Origin: Octopus vulgaris
Taxonomy: Eukaryota
Direction of reading: 5' to 3'
Assembly: GCA_951406725.2 (NCBI GenBank)
Contig: OX597839.1
Coordinates: 15,190,001-15,254,000, forward strand
DNA: 64,000 nucleotides
Part shown: piece by piece, positions 1-9,938 of the stretch
Numbering within the stretch: position 1 is the stretch's first letter
Layout of the letters: each line of letters begins with the position of its first letter
Position numbers and translations under genes: made by a program
The notes under the pieces: generated by a model
What the model was told of the DNA's origin: nothing
What the model saw: the letters and a program-made list of their open reading frames with translations, nothing else
The model's database searches: none

Positions 1-16
1 TTTCCAACGGATTTCC

Positions 17-110
17 TATTTTCTTCCTGAAGAGAAAGACACAATATGGTCCCATTATTCAATCGGATTTTGGTAAATTGTGCCTTTCGAAACACGTGTA
101 GAATGAAATA
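17..110 (+). ncRNA. Type I hammerhead ribozyme motif in a Penelope-type pseudo-LTR fragment
   Basis: CTGAAGA at 27-33, stem II GAAAGACACAAT/ATTGTGCCTTTC, GAAA at 89-92, palindrome ACACGTGT (92-99), cleavage triplet GTA (98-100), stem I TTC/GAA extended by TATTT/AAATA. The sequence just downstream recurs at about 51615-51665. Confidence 0.8.
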
Positions 111-162
111 AAACGATTTCTGTTCAATCTGCGTTCAGCTCCATTTCTTCAATTCACCAATA

Positions 163-217
<55 letters not shown>

Positions 218-219
<2 letters not shown>

Positions 220-367
220 GCGGAAGTGTGACTGTGTGGTAAGAAACTTCGTTCCTGGTTCAGTTCCACTGCGCGGTACCTTACGTGGGTGTCTTCTGCA
301 ATAGCCTCGAGCCGACCAATGCCTTCTGAGTACATTTTGTAGACGGAAACTGAAAGAAGCGCGTCGT
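218..367 (+). mobile_element. tRNA-derived SINE
   Basis: Degenerate A/B-box head (TGTGGTAAG...GGTTCAGTTCC) and 3' GTAGACGGAAACTGAAAGAAGC. Related copies at 3694-3825 (+), 2035-2190 (-), 25330-25410 (-) and 42220-42380 (+). Confidence 0.7.
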
Positions 368-717
368 GTACATATGCATATATATGTGTGTGTGTTTATG
401 TGCGTGTGTGTTTTTATGCTTGTATGTATAGATGTATGTGTGTATGTATATATGTATGCATGCATATATCTAGGTACGTACGTACGTATGTATGTATGTA
501 TGTAGACGTGTATGTATGTTTGTATGCATATATGCATGTGTGTATGTGCGTATGTATGTGAGTGATGTGTGTATGCATGTGTCTGTGTGAATGTATTTAT
601 GTATTTTGTGTGTACGCCTGTATGTGTCTATGTACGTATACATACACTTTCGCACACATATATTTATGTATATGCACACATAAGCGATCAAAGCATTTTA
701 TTACTTTGATGTTTTGA

Positions 718-930
718 AAACACACACACACATATACATACAAAAACACACGCACACACATATACATACAAAAACACACGCACACACATATACATACAAA
801 AACACACGCACACACATATACATACAAAAACACACGCACATATACATACAAAAACACACGCACATATACATACAAAAACACACACACATATACATACAAA
901 AACACACGCACACACACTCTCACAAAAACA
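718..930. repeat. Minisatellite, 24-28 bp unit (AAAAACACACGCACACACATATACATAC)
   Basis: About 7-8 tandem units visible. Confidence 0.9.
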
Positions 931-1016
931 CGTCGAAATTTCTACTGATTCTGTGAGATGTGACGGAAAATTACTTCCGATTAATTTTCAAAATTATTTT
1001 TGTTTTTAATAATAAT

Positions 1017-1250
1017 ATCATCATCATTGTTCGACCATGGTCGAGACAATGGAATTTACTATGCTACGCCAGACTTCGCGGTCCATCATAGCATTACGGA
1101 GGTCCTGTTGCTGGATGCCTGTATCCCTGGAGATTACATCAGGGTAGGAGAGTCTGCGCCCTCTGGTATCGCGAGCAGATGGCTTCTAGAGGAGAAGAGT
1201 AGAAATTACCTCGTTTTCAGCTCTACAACGATGTCCAGATCTTAGGCATG
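1017..1250 (-). mobile_element. RTE-type LINE 3' end
   Basis: Minus frame reads LSYPDVISRDTGIQQQDLRNAMMDREVWRSIVNSIVSTMVEQ*, followed by a (TGA)n tail. This is a typical RTE C-terminus. Confidence 0.7.
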
Positions 1251-1781
1251 TCATTACAGGCTGATCAGGCCATACCCTTTCTAGTTAGAAAATCTTTTCC
1301 ACACGATATGTATGACCCAAGATATTTGTAATCAGAAACCATATTTAATATACTTTTAATGATATACTTGTTTTTAATAATATGCTATTCTCTTGGTAAA
1401 TATATTTTCTTATACTCACACATACTCTCACGCACACACACACACACACTCTCATGCACACACACGGACTCGCCTGGAGCCGAAATGGAGGGGAAGAAAC
1501 GAGGAAGGTACCAGGGGGTCGTAGAATCTGCCAGAAACAACAGCCAAATATCCCCCCAAACCACACACACCCTCCACAGAGTTTTCCTTTTTACCAGAAA
1601 GGCCTCCCCCATCGCTCCCAAGTGCGTAGCGCAAAAAATTACTCAACATCTGTCCAGATAGGGGTAGTGGGTTGCGTGGTGAAAAAAAAATCATAACTTA
1701 AAATTAATGCCTCATTATGACGTCAGAGTTGTTGAATGTGATGAACAGACAAGAATGCTTCATTTCTGAATTTTAAATAAA

Positions 1782-1833
1782 TGACCTAAATATTTCTTAT
1801 TTGACCTAAATTTTTCTTATTTGACCTAAATAT
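1782..1833. repeat. Short tandem repeat, 20-bp unit TGACCTAAAT(A/T)TTTCTTATT
   Basis: About 2.5 copies seen directly. Confidence 0.85.
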
Positions 1834-1861
1834 CTTACAAATGACAAAATTCACCTTTTAA

Positions 1862-1920
1862 CTTTTTCTTGTTTCAGTCATTCGACTGTGGCCATGCTGG
1901 GGCAATACCTTGAATAATTT
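1862..1920 (-). mobile_element. SINE 3' tail sharing sequence with the CR1/L2-group LINE 3' end
   Basis: GTTTCAGTCATTCGACTGTGGCCATGCTGGGGCA matches the LINE 3' end GTTTCAGCTTATGAGCTGTGGCCATGCTGGGGCA (e.g. 51774-51807). Confidence 0.7.
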
Positions 1921-2638
1921 GTGTATGCATATATATATATATTCTCTTTTGTCGAAGCGCTAAGTTAAGTGGATGTAAACACAGCAACACTGTCACCGTG
2001 TAATTCACACGGTGGTGGGATCAAAGTTAGAAACACACACACGACAGGTTTCTCAACAGTTTCCCTTTGCCTTATTCACTCACAAAGCTTTCGTAGGTTC
2101 GGGGATACAGTAGAAGACACTTACCCAAGATGTCACGCAGTGGGACAGAACCCGAAATACGAGAGACCTGAAACCACGTAGTTGCAACTAAATACATACA
2201 CATACATACATACATACATACACACACACACACTCATACATGCACGCACATACATCCCACGCCCTTACACATAATCACTCTCGTATGTATGCACATGCAC
2301 ACATTCATATGCACATATATACATATTCCCATACACGTAAACACGCATGCACGCCCACTCCTACGCATATATATACGCACTCCTCGCTACAGTCAAAAAT
2401 TGTGAAGCATGACTGTCACCACTTCTACATGAACCTGAAGATTGCATAAATTAATGCATGAAAGTACTAGTTCAATCAGAATGAAACATTTAACATTCTA
2501 TTATTTTTATTTTATTTTATTTTATTATATTATCTTATATTATATCATTATAAGATTGTAAATAAAACGTGAAAATCAGACAAGGTTGGAATTCCTTTTA
2601 TTAATATATTCTTCTATACACAATCACATACACCCGTA

Positions 2639-2705
<67 letters not shown>

Positions 2706-2814
2706 GTATATTAATAGTAATGGTAAGACAACAAAAGAATGAAAGAGACTTCGATATTATGTAAATAGAGGAAATTATCCGTAATATATTATGTGACAAT
2801 TATTTGGTTGGCAT

Positions 2815-2875
2815 AATAAAACTCCGAGTTTCGGATGTCGGGGCGGAAACCTGCACCGGCATCTCTTCAGTTATC
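2815..2875 (-). ncRNA. Type I hammerhead ribozyme motif in a pseudo-LTR (about 2715-2935)
   Basis: Minus strand: GATAA-CTGAAGA-GATGCCGGTGCAGG/CCGCCCCGACATC-CGAAA-CTCGGAG-TT-TTATT. The flanking pLTR is homologous to 7620-7790. Confidence 0.75.
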
Positions 2876-2954
2876 GATCAGTATTTGCGAAGGGAAATCA
2901 TCGTTTCCATCTCTAGCCTTACGTGATACACAGCAACACCACTAACAACAACTA

Positions 2955-3270
2955 TAGCCTCTAATACTAACTCCTGTACTATACATTAGATAACGTAGTC
3001 CTAGATAAACTATGCCTGAATAAAAAATGGGATGGTCACAGCTGGAACGTGTTTGATCATAGACTTGTCTGGACCAGGACAGGCGTGGGGCTAAACAACA
3101 AGATATATAGCCAGTAATACTAACTCCTATACTATACATTAGATAATGTAGTTCTAGATACACTATGCCTGAATAAAAGATGGGATGGTCATAGCTGGAA
3201 CATCTTTGATCATAGGTCTGTGTGGGTCAGGACTGACCTGGGGCTAAACAGCAACAATTGCAACAACAAC
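2955..3270 (+). repeat. Tandem duplication of a ~150-bp repeat tail ending in (AAC)n
   Basis: Units at about 2955-3100 and 3107-3255, both ending GGGGCTAAACA(A/G)CAA. Confidence 0.8.
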
Positions 3271-3307
3271 ATTACCAACACAGTCAGGAACAAACTTTCG
3301 CTCAGTA

Positions 3308-3351
<44 letters not shown>

Positions 3352-3417
3352 AAACACACTCACACACAAACCTACGTCCTGTCACGCAAATATCCGCTGT
3401 ACCAGCTGACCACTTAC

Positions 3418-3537
3418 CGAAGCACTGTGTTCTGTTTTGGAGACTGTAACCATGGAAACACTCACACTTATGTCCACCAATGGTGTTGTTGCAGTGATGG
3501 TTACATCCTCCGTTCATGTGGTCACATTCATTAATGT
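3418..3537 (-). CDS. Internal exon of a host gene encoding one calcium-binding EGF-like domain
   Basis: DINECDHMNGGCNHHCNNTIGGHKCECFHGYSLQNRTQCF has six Cys and the D-I-N-E-C consensus. Polypyrimidine tract plus TAG acceptor (AG at 3539-3538), GTAAGT donor from 3417. 120 nt, phase 1-1, as is typical for EGF exons. Confidence 0.9.
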
Positions 3538-3635
3538 CTAAGGAAAATAGAAAAAACAAACAGATAAGATTGAAAAACGTAGTGAATACGAGTTTATATG
3601 AGTGTATATATGTATGTGTATATGTGTATAGTATA

Positions 3636-3672
<37 letters not shown>

Positions 3673-3825
3673 GTATGTATGTATTTATGTTATAGGCACA
3701 GGCTGTGTGGTAAGAAGCTTGCTTAACCACCACATGGTTCCTGGCACAGTCACAATGCGTGGCACCTAGGGCAAGTGTCTTCTACTATAGCCTCCGGCTG
3801 ACCAAAGCCTTCAGAGAAGCCTGTC

Positions 3826-3858
<33 letters not shown>

Positions 3859-3870
3859 TATGTATGTATG

Positions 3871-3987
<117 letters not shown>

Positions 3988-4020
3988 GTTTAAACTGGCA
4001 ATATGACCATTCCGAAATAT

Positions 4021-4092
<72 letters not shown>

Positions 4093-4295
4093 CTTTATAT
4101 AATTATGAGTATAATTATAATTAAGGTTCAGCAAAAAAATTTGCTTTGCCACATACCGAATGTTTAGAAATAGCAACCAAAGAACTTAGCTATTTCTTCT
4201 ACTATAAGAATAATCTCCCACACAATGTATACTCAAAAACATTTCACGTAGGCATAGAGGAAAAAATAACGAAACTTCACCCGGCATTTGATTAC

Positions 4296-4376
4296 TTGTG
4301 GACTCGTTTCTGAGTTAGATAGATATGGAGATGCAAGAATTACATCGCCATTCTATCATTCTCTTCAGCAGCACAA
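4296..4376 (-). ncRNA. Type I hammerhead ribozyme motif (copy 1, stem III palindrome mutated)
   Basis: Reverse complement of 5013-5093, with GAAA-CGAG-TC instead of GAAA-CGCG-TC. Confidence 0.65.
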
Positions 4377-5012
4377 AGATTTCAATATTTTAAATTAAAG
4401 AGGACTGAAAAAATTGAATATGCCTGATTCAAGTAATATCAGACACACTATTTTCAACATCCAGTACCCACGAATTCAAAACATACGAATGAAGCTTCAT
4501 ATTCTCCTTCATCCACCCACGTGTGTTGTTGAGCAACAAATTCCTACAGAAAAATCTGTAGTTTATTATCAGGGAGAGAATTATATTATCAATAATAATA
4601 AAGGGTAAAATTAATTAATTGATTAGTAATTAATAATTCTACCAAGTAGTGTTCAGCATGTTAAAAGTACCATTTACGATAAACTTAAGCATTACTTTAT
4701 ATAATTATGAGTATAATTATAATTAGGGTTCAGCAAAATATTTGCTTTGCCACATACTGAACTTTTAGAAATAGCAGCCAAAGAACTTAGCTATTTCTTC
4801 TACTATAAGAAGAATCTCCCAGACAATGTATACTCAAAAACAATTCACGTAGGCATAGAGGAAAAAATAACGAAAATGGAGAATACGAAGCCTCATTCGT
4901 ATGCTTTGAATTCATTGGTACTAGATGCTGAAAATAGTGTGTTTGATGTTACTTGAATCAGATAGGCATGTTCAATTTTTTCAGTGCTCTCTAATTTAAA
5001 ATATTGAAATCT

Positions 5013-5093
5013 TTGTGCTGCTGAAGAGAATGATAGAATGGAGATGTAATTCTTGCATCTCCATATCTATCTTACTCAGAAACGCGTCCACAA
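5013..5093 (+). ncRNA. Type I hammerhead ribozyme motif (copy 2)
   Basis: TTGTG-ctg-CTGAAGA (5021-5027), long stem II GATAGAATGGAGATG/CATCTCCATATCTATC, GAAA (5079-5082), palindrome ACGCGT, GTC triplet, CACAA. Confidence 0.75.
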
Positions 5094-5152
5094 GTAATCA
5101 AATGCCGGGTGAAGTTTCGTTATTTTTCGTTATATATGTATGTGTGATTGTA

Positions 5153-5245
5153 CAGTAATCCCTCGCCATATCGTGTTTCACCTATCGCGGTTTATCACTT
5201 GATATTACATCGACTCCTCCGTGGTGTTGTTTTGCATTTACGATA

Positions 5246-5293
<48 letters not shown>

Positions 5294-5430
5294 TATAAAT
5301 TTTCTTTTAAATATACGGAACAGTTTTTTTTCAACTTCGCAGATTTCCCCCTATCCACTAAACTGCATCCAAAGGAGAGGTTCTAGTTCTGGAATTCTCT
5401 GGATCATGGATTCACCCCTAATTACTCCTA
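5153..5430 (+). mobile_element. Degenerate Tigger/pogo-like MITE fragment
   Basis: TA-CAGTAATCCCTCGCCATATCG terminus. The second end is not clearly resolved. Confidence 0.4.
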
Positions 5431-5797
5431 GGTGTGCATATATATTGATGTGTGTGTGTGTGTGTTTGTGCTTGTATGTATACATCAAAATAGAAACAAC
5501 TTTATGTCCTCACCCAGGCATAGTCTTTTGTCCGTGAGCTTGAACCCCTGATGGCAGGCACAGTAGAAGCTCCCTGGGGTGTTGAAACACATCTCCTCAC
5601 AACCTCCGTTCCTCAAATCGCATTCATTTATATCTGAAAAGAAAGAAAGGAAAACAAATAACTGTTATGGTGTTCTACTACTACCGCCGCCGCTGCTGCC
5701 ACCACCAACACTACCACAACCACTAACACCCCTACTACTACTACCGCCACCACCACCACTATCACCGCTACAGCTACTATCACAACCACTACTACTA

Positions 5798-6360
5798 TTG
5801 GGTTGTCCGGAAAGTTCGTGCCGATTTATAGTAGCTTACCTTTCGACTTATTTTAGAACATGGTCGAGTTCATAAAATAGGATTTGACTACACCTCCATT
5901 TAGAGCACAGTCTAAGCTATCTTTTCGTGGAAGAAGGTTTATGTTCCTATAACCTGTGTTAATTCTGTAACCCTTTAAAATGGAATATAAGAAGGTTCAT
6001 TTTCGGCACATGATGCTTTAGGAACCAGACAAAAATTGCTGCAGCTCGGCTGGGATGTGTCACCCCACCCTCCCTATTCACCAGATGTTGCTCCTTCGGA
6101 TTTTCACTTCTTCAGGTCTCTGCGGAATAGTCTTAATGGTAAAAATTTCAATTCCTTGGATGACGTAAAAAGATACCTTGATGAATTCTTTGCCATGAAA
6201 CCACCCCAATTCTGGGAAGAGGGTATTTTCAAGTTAAAGGAGAGATGGAAACGCATTCTGCAACAAAATGGTTCATATTTGGTTAATTAAAAATGTAATG
6301 GCAAGTATTTATTGTCCTTTTTCTTTCCTTTAAAAATCGGCACGAACTTTCCGGACAACC
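5798..6360 (+). mobile_element. Internally deleted mariner element
   Basis: Perfect 27-bp TIR core GGTTGTCCGGAAAGTTCGTGCCGATTT (5801-5827) and its inverse (6334-6360). N-terminal MEYKKVHFRHMML is joined almost directly to the C-terminal PHPPYSPDVAPSDFHFFRSL. Confidence 0.92.
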
Positions 6361-6559
6361 ACCACCACCACTACTAGTAATACAACCGCCACCTCGCTCC
6401 ACCACCACTACTACTACTCTTGCTGCTTCAGCCGTTGTGAAACGTCTACATGTTTACATGTCCTGATAAAAACATGTATGTGTGCATAAACATGTGGGTA
6501 TATATGTACGCGTATGCATGTGTTTGTATGAATGTATCTATCTGTGTATGTATGTTGCC

Positions 6560-6900
6560 GTCGCCTATTTTTTCGAATTCAAGAATTTAGGTTTTCTTCT
6601 TTGCTCAAAGCTTTCTTTATGGTAATGGCTTTGAAGTCTACGAAGACCGATTCTGGCGCAGAAGAGGCGATGGCATTGACTGCATGGTAATATCAGTGAA
6701 GGAGAACAAGGTTGTATTTGTGAAGTCTATCTCTTCCGTCGTTTCATTTCTTCTCTTTCTCTTCTGATGGTTTCGATGGTTTTGGTTCCGATGGTGCAGG
6801 ACCATCACCACTCGGTCCGGTCCTGGACTTGTATTTGAAACGATTTAGGCTCAAGTCCAGTGGCTTTCTGTGTAGCTCTGAGTTGATCCTTGTATCTGTA
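6560..6900 (-). mobile_element. Degenerate RTE LINE 3' fragment
   Basis: Minus frames give RYKDQLRATQKATGLEPKSFQIQVQDRTEW*...REREEMKRRKR and LPCSQCHRLFCARIGL, the RTE C-terminal zinc-finger-like motif. Confidence 0.75.
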
Positions 6901-7220
6901 CGCACGTATGTATGTATGTACGTACATACGTATATATGTGTGTATGTTTGTATGTATGTATGTATGTATGTATGTATGTATGTGTGTATGTATGTAGGTA
7001 TGTATGTATGCATGTGTGTATGTGTGTATGTATGTATGTATGATGTATGTATGTAGGTATGTATGTATTATGCATGTATGTATGTATGTATGTATGTATG
7101 TATTTATATATGTATGTATGTATGTGTGTATGTATGTATGTATTATGTATGTATGTATGTATGTATTTATATATGTATGTATGTATGTGTTATATGTATA
7201 TATGCATGGCTGGATGGATG

Positions 7221-7525
7221 AAGGCGCATGGCTCAGTGGTTAGAGCGTCGGGCTCACTATCATGAGTTAGTGAGTTCGATTCCCGGACGTGGCTCAGTGT
7301 TGTGTTCTTGAGCAAGACGCTTTATTTAATCTTACCTCAGTTCACTCATCTTTAGAAATGAGTTGCGACGTCATTGGTGCGAAGCTGCATCGGCCCCTTT
7401 GCGTTTCCCCTAAATAATATCGGTTATGTGAAGAGGAGTGTCTGGTATGCATGGACAACTGCTGGTCTTCCACAAATTACTTGTACCTCGGAGGGAAACT
7501 TTCTTGGTGCAATCCCTCTTCATGG
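7221..7525 (+). mobile_element. tRNA-derived SINE
   Basis: A box TGGCTCAGTGG and B box GTTCGATTCC, followed by a non-tRNA body (TGTGTTCTTGAGCAAGAC). Confidence 0.8.
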
Positions 7526-7546
7526 GTCTTTATGTATATATATATT

Positions 7547-7620
<74 letters not shown>

Positions 7621-7722
7621 ATAAAAATGGTAAGACAACAAAAGAACGAAAAAGACTTCGATATTATGTAAATAGAGGAATTTATCTGTAAATGTAATAT
7701 GTGAAAATTATTCGGTAACCAT

Positions 7723-7783
7723 GATAAAACTCCGAGTTTCGGATACCGAGGTGGAAATTCACGCCGCCATCTCTTCAGTTATC
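7723..7783 (-). ncRNA. Type I hammerhead ribozyme motif
   Basis: GATAA-CTGAAGA-stem II-CGAAA-CTCGGAG-TT-TTATC. Perfect stem I GATAA/TTATC, GUU triplet. Confidence 0.75.
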
Positions 7784-7825
7784 CGGCCATCGGAAAAATT
7801 CTTTTCCGCATTTTTCCGATGGCCG

Positions 7826-7882
7826 GATAACTGAAGAGATGGCGGCGTGGATTTCCACCTCGGCATCCGAAACTCGGAGGTT

Positions 7883-7885
<3 letters not shown>
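7826..7885 (+). ncRNA. Inverted hammerhead copy with U16.1 changed to G (probably inactive)
   Basis: CTGAAGA at 7831-7837, GAAA at 7869-7872, then CTCGGAG-GT instead of CTCGGAG-TT. Confidence 0.6.
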
Positions 7886-7973
<88 letters not shown>

Positions 7974-8004
7974 ATGTATGTATGTATGTATGTATGTATG
8001 TATG

Positions 8005-8039
<35 letters not shown>

Positions 8040-8531
8040 ACTTCCGGTCGGCCTCCAATCAACATGTGGTTTTTTTAAGCTCCTATAAAATCGCCAAGAA
8101 ATTTCTGTAAAGCTGCGAAGGCTATTATAAATAAAAGTCAAAAAATCCTTGAACGTCTTCCTGAATGACTGAGTATTGACTTGAGGAAATTTAAAGTGAA
8201 ATATATTAAACAGGAAGGAATCTTTTGCGAATGTAGTAATTATAAACATTGCAAATAATGGATTTTACGAAATTTGAAAATTAACTGCGATTTTTGATCG
8301 GAACAAAAGAATAAAATGAAATAAAATCATTATCTGAATAACTTTTGAATGAAAACGTAACAAGACATATTTAAAGAAAAACCATCTGAAATACAAAGAA
8401 GAGAAAAACAGAAAATATATACACAGACGTATACAGCACATGGTATCACTTTAACTTGAAAAGAAGTTCAAAGTCTTCCACTGCCTTGGAAATACCCATC
8501 TCTTTGGAAAAACTAGATAAGTATCTATCTA

Positions 8532-8620
<89 letters not shown>

Positions 8621-8621
<1 letters not shown>

Positions 8622-8900
8622 GAGGCGCAATGGCCCAGTGGTTAGAGCAGCGGACTCGCGGTTTCGATTCCCAGACCGAGCGTTGTGAATGTTTATTGAG
8701 CGAAAACACCTAAAGCTCCACAAGGCTCCGGCAGTGAGTGGTGGCGATCCCTACTGTACTCTTTCGCCACAACTTTCTCTCACTCTTTCTTCTGTTGGCC
8801 TGCGGGGTGGCGTCATTTAAAGGCTAAAACAATGCGAAACGCATTGTGACCAGCGATGTGTAGCAACATCTGATAGCCTGGTCGGTCACGGTGACGGTGA
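8621..8900 (+). mobile_element. tRNA-derived SINE
   Basis: A box TGGCCCAGTGG, B box TTTCGATTCC, and a tandem 3' tail (CGGTGA)2. Confidence 0.75.
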
Positions 8901-9229
8901 TATATATATATATATATTCCTTGGAGCAGTACTTTTAATGATTCTACAAAAAGAAAATAATTGTGTCTCCTTGTCGTAAATCTGTGTTACCATGTGTAGC
9001 AACTACGATCGAAAACACGCCATTCTACTTCGTAAAGATACCTGTAAGTACATCCCGAATTCTAGATAACCCATACACACAGTTTTATATATCAGCACGC
9101 ACCGCACACAAATATATACACAAAGCGAATTTAAATCATACTTTCTTCTTCACCAACCATTGTATCCTTACATCTTTTGATTGTACATATAACTGTATTT
9201 TTTTTTTTTTGTATGGCAGGTCACTTTCG

Positions 9230-9596
9230 AGTGCTACTGGTAACATGTAACCCAGAACAACCTGTTGCATGGTCGGGTCGTCGGCGACTAAACCGGTAAC
9301 CCCACCAAGCTTGCTTGGTGAGGAGGTTGTTTATCGGACACCCTGCGGGATGAAAAACAAAACCTGTCAAAGGGCGGAGGAACTCTTGAGAGTCAACGGC
9401 CATCCAATAAATGTGTTTTTTTTTCTTCTTAAGGCTTAAGACTGTATCATGCGCGGGGACATAGAAATAATCGGACTGAATACCCGACCGCGCGGTTAAA
9501 CCATTGGGAGTGAAGGACTCCTAACCTTTGTTAGGGCATCCTTCTAGGAGAAGGTAACTCAGGTAACTGGGATAACTCCGACATAAAACCTGCAAC
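9230..9596. mobile_element. Probable LINE 5'UTR-like repeat running into the gap
   Basis: GC-richer non-coding block. Family assignment is only by general resemblance to RTE 5' regions. Confidence 0.3.
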
Positions 9597-9696
9597 NNNN
9601 NNNNNNNNNNNNNNNNNNNNNNNNNNNNNNNNNNNNNNNNNNNNNNNNNNNNNNNNNNNNNNNNNNNNNNNNNNNNNNNNNNNNNNNNNNNNNNNN
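9597..9696. other. Assembly gap (100 N)
   Basis: Run of N. Confidence 1.
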
Positions 9697-9938
9697 GAAT
9701 AAAAGGTATAAACAATGCAATCTTCTCTTCGGGAAAGTGAAAAAACGAAACTTGTCAATACGACATCTTAGCAAAAAATGATGGATTCGTATAGCGATAG
9801 ACAGAACGCTATTAATATTGTTTAAAAAAACGTTATATGATATAACGTCATAAGTAGCTAACAGAAAGAGTAGGGATATTAATAGTGAATGTTAAATATA
9901 AAGGAAATTAAAGTCTAAACTATATATAATGATAGAGA

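Larger units (their letters stand above)
4089..5128. mobile_element. Penelope-type pseudo-LTR cluster with direct and inverted duplications
   Basis: Block A is directly repeated (4089-4274 and 4691-4875). Block B (4263-4507) recurs inverted at 4878-5128 and carries a hammerhead. Flanked by TA repeats and homologous to 63230-63832. Confidence 0.75.
7620..7885. mobile_element. Pseudo-LTR fragment with terminal fold-back carrying two oppositely oriented hammerheads
   Basis: Arms 7724-7799 and 7810-7885 with a 10-bp spacer, flanked on both sides by TA arrays. Same family as 2715-2935. Confidence 0.8.

Noticed and set aside
5579-5875. Pro/Leu-rich ORF
   Set aside because: Derived from (CTA/CCA)n trinucleotide repeats running into a mariner TIR.
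6744-6900. Apparent exon DTRINSELHRKPLDLS...EEKEKK
   Set aside because: Another frame of the same strand matches an RTE C-terminus, and there is no polypyrimidine tract.
7221-7295. tRNA gene candidates (also 8621-8680)
   Set aside because: A and B boxes are present, but there is no complete cloverleaf and they continue into SINE bodies.
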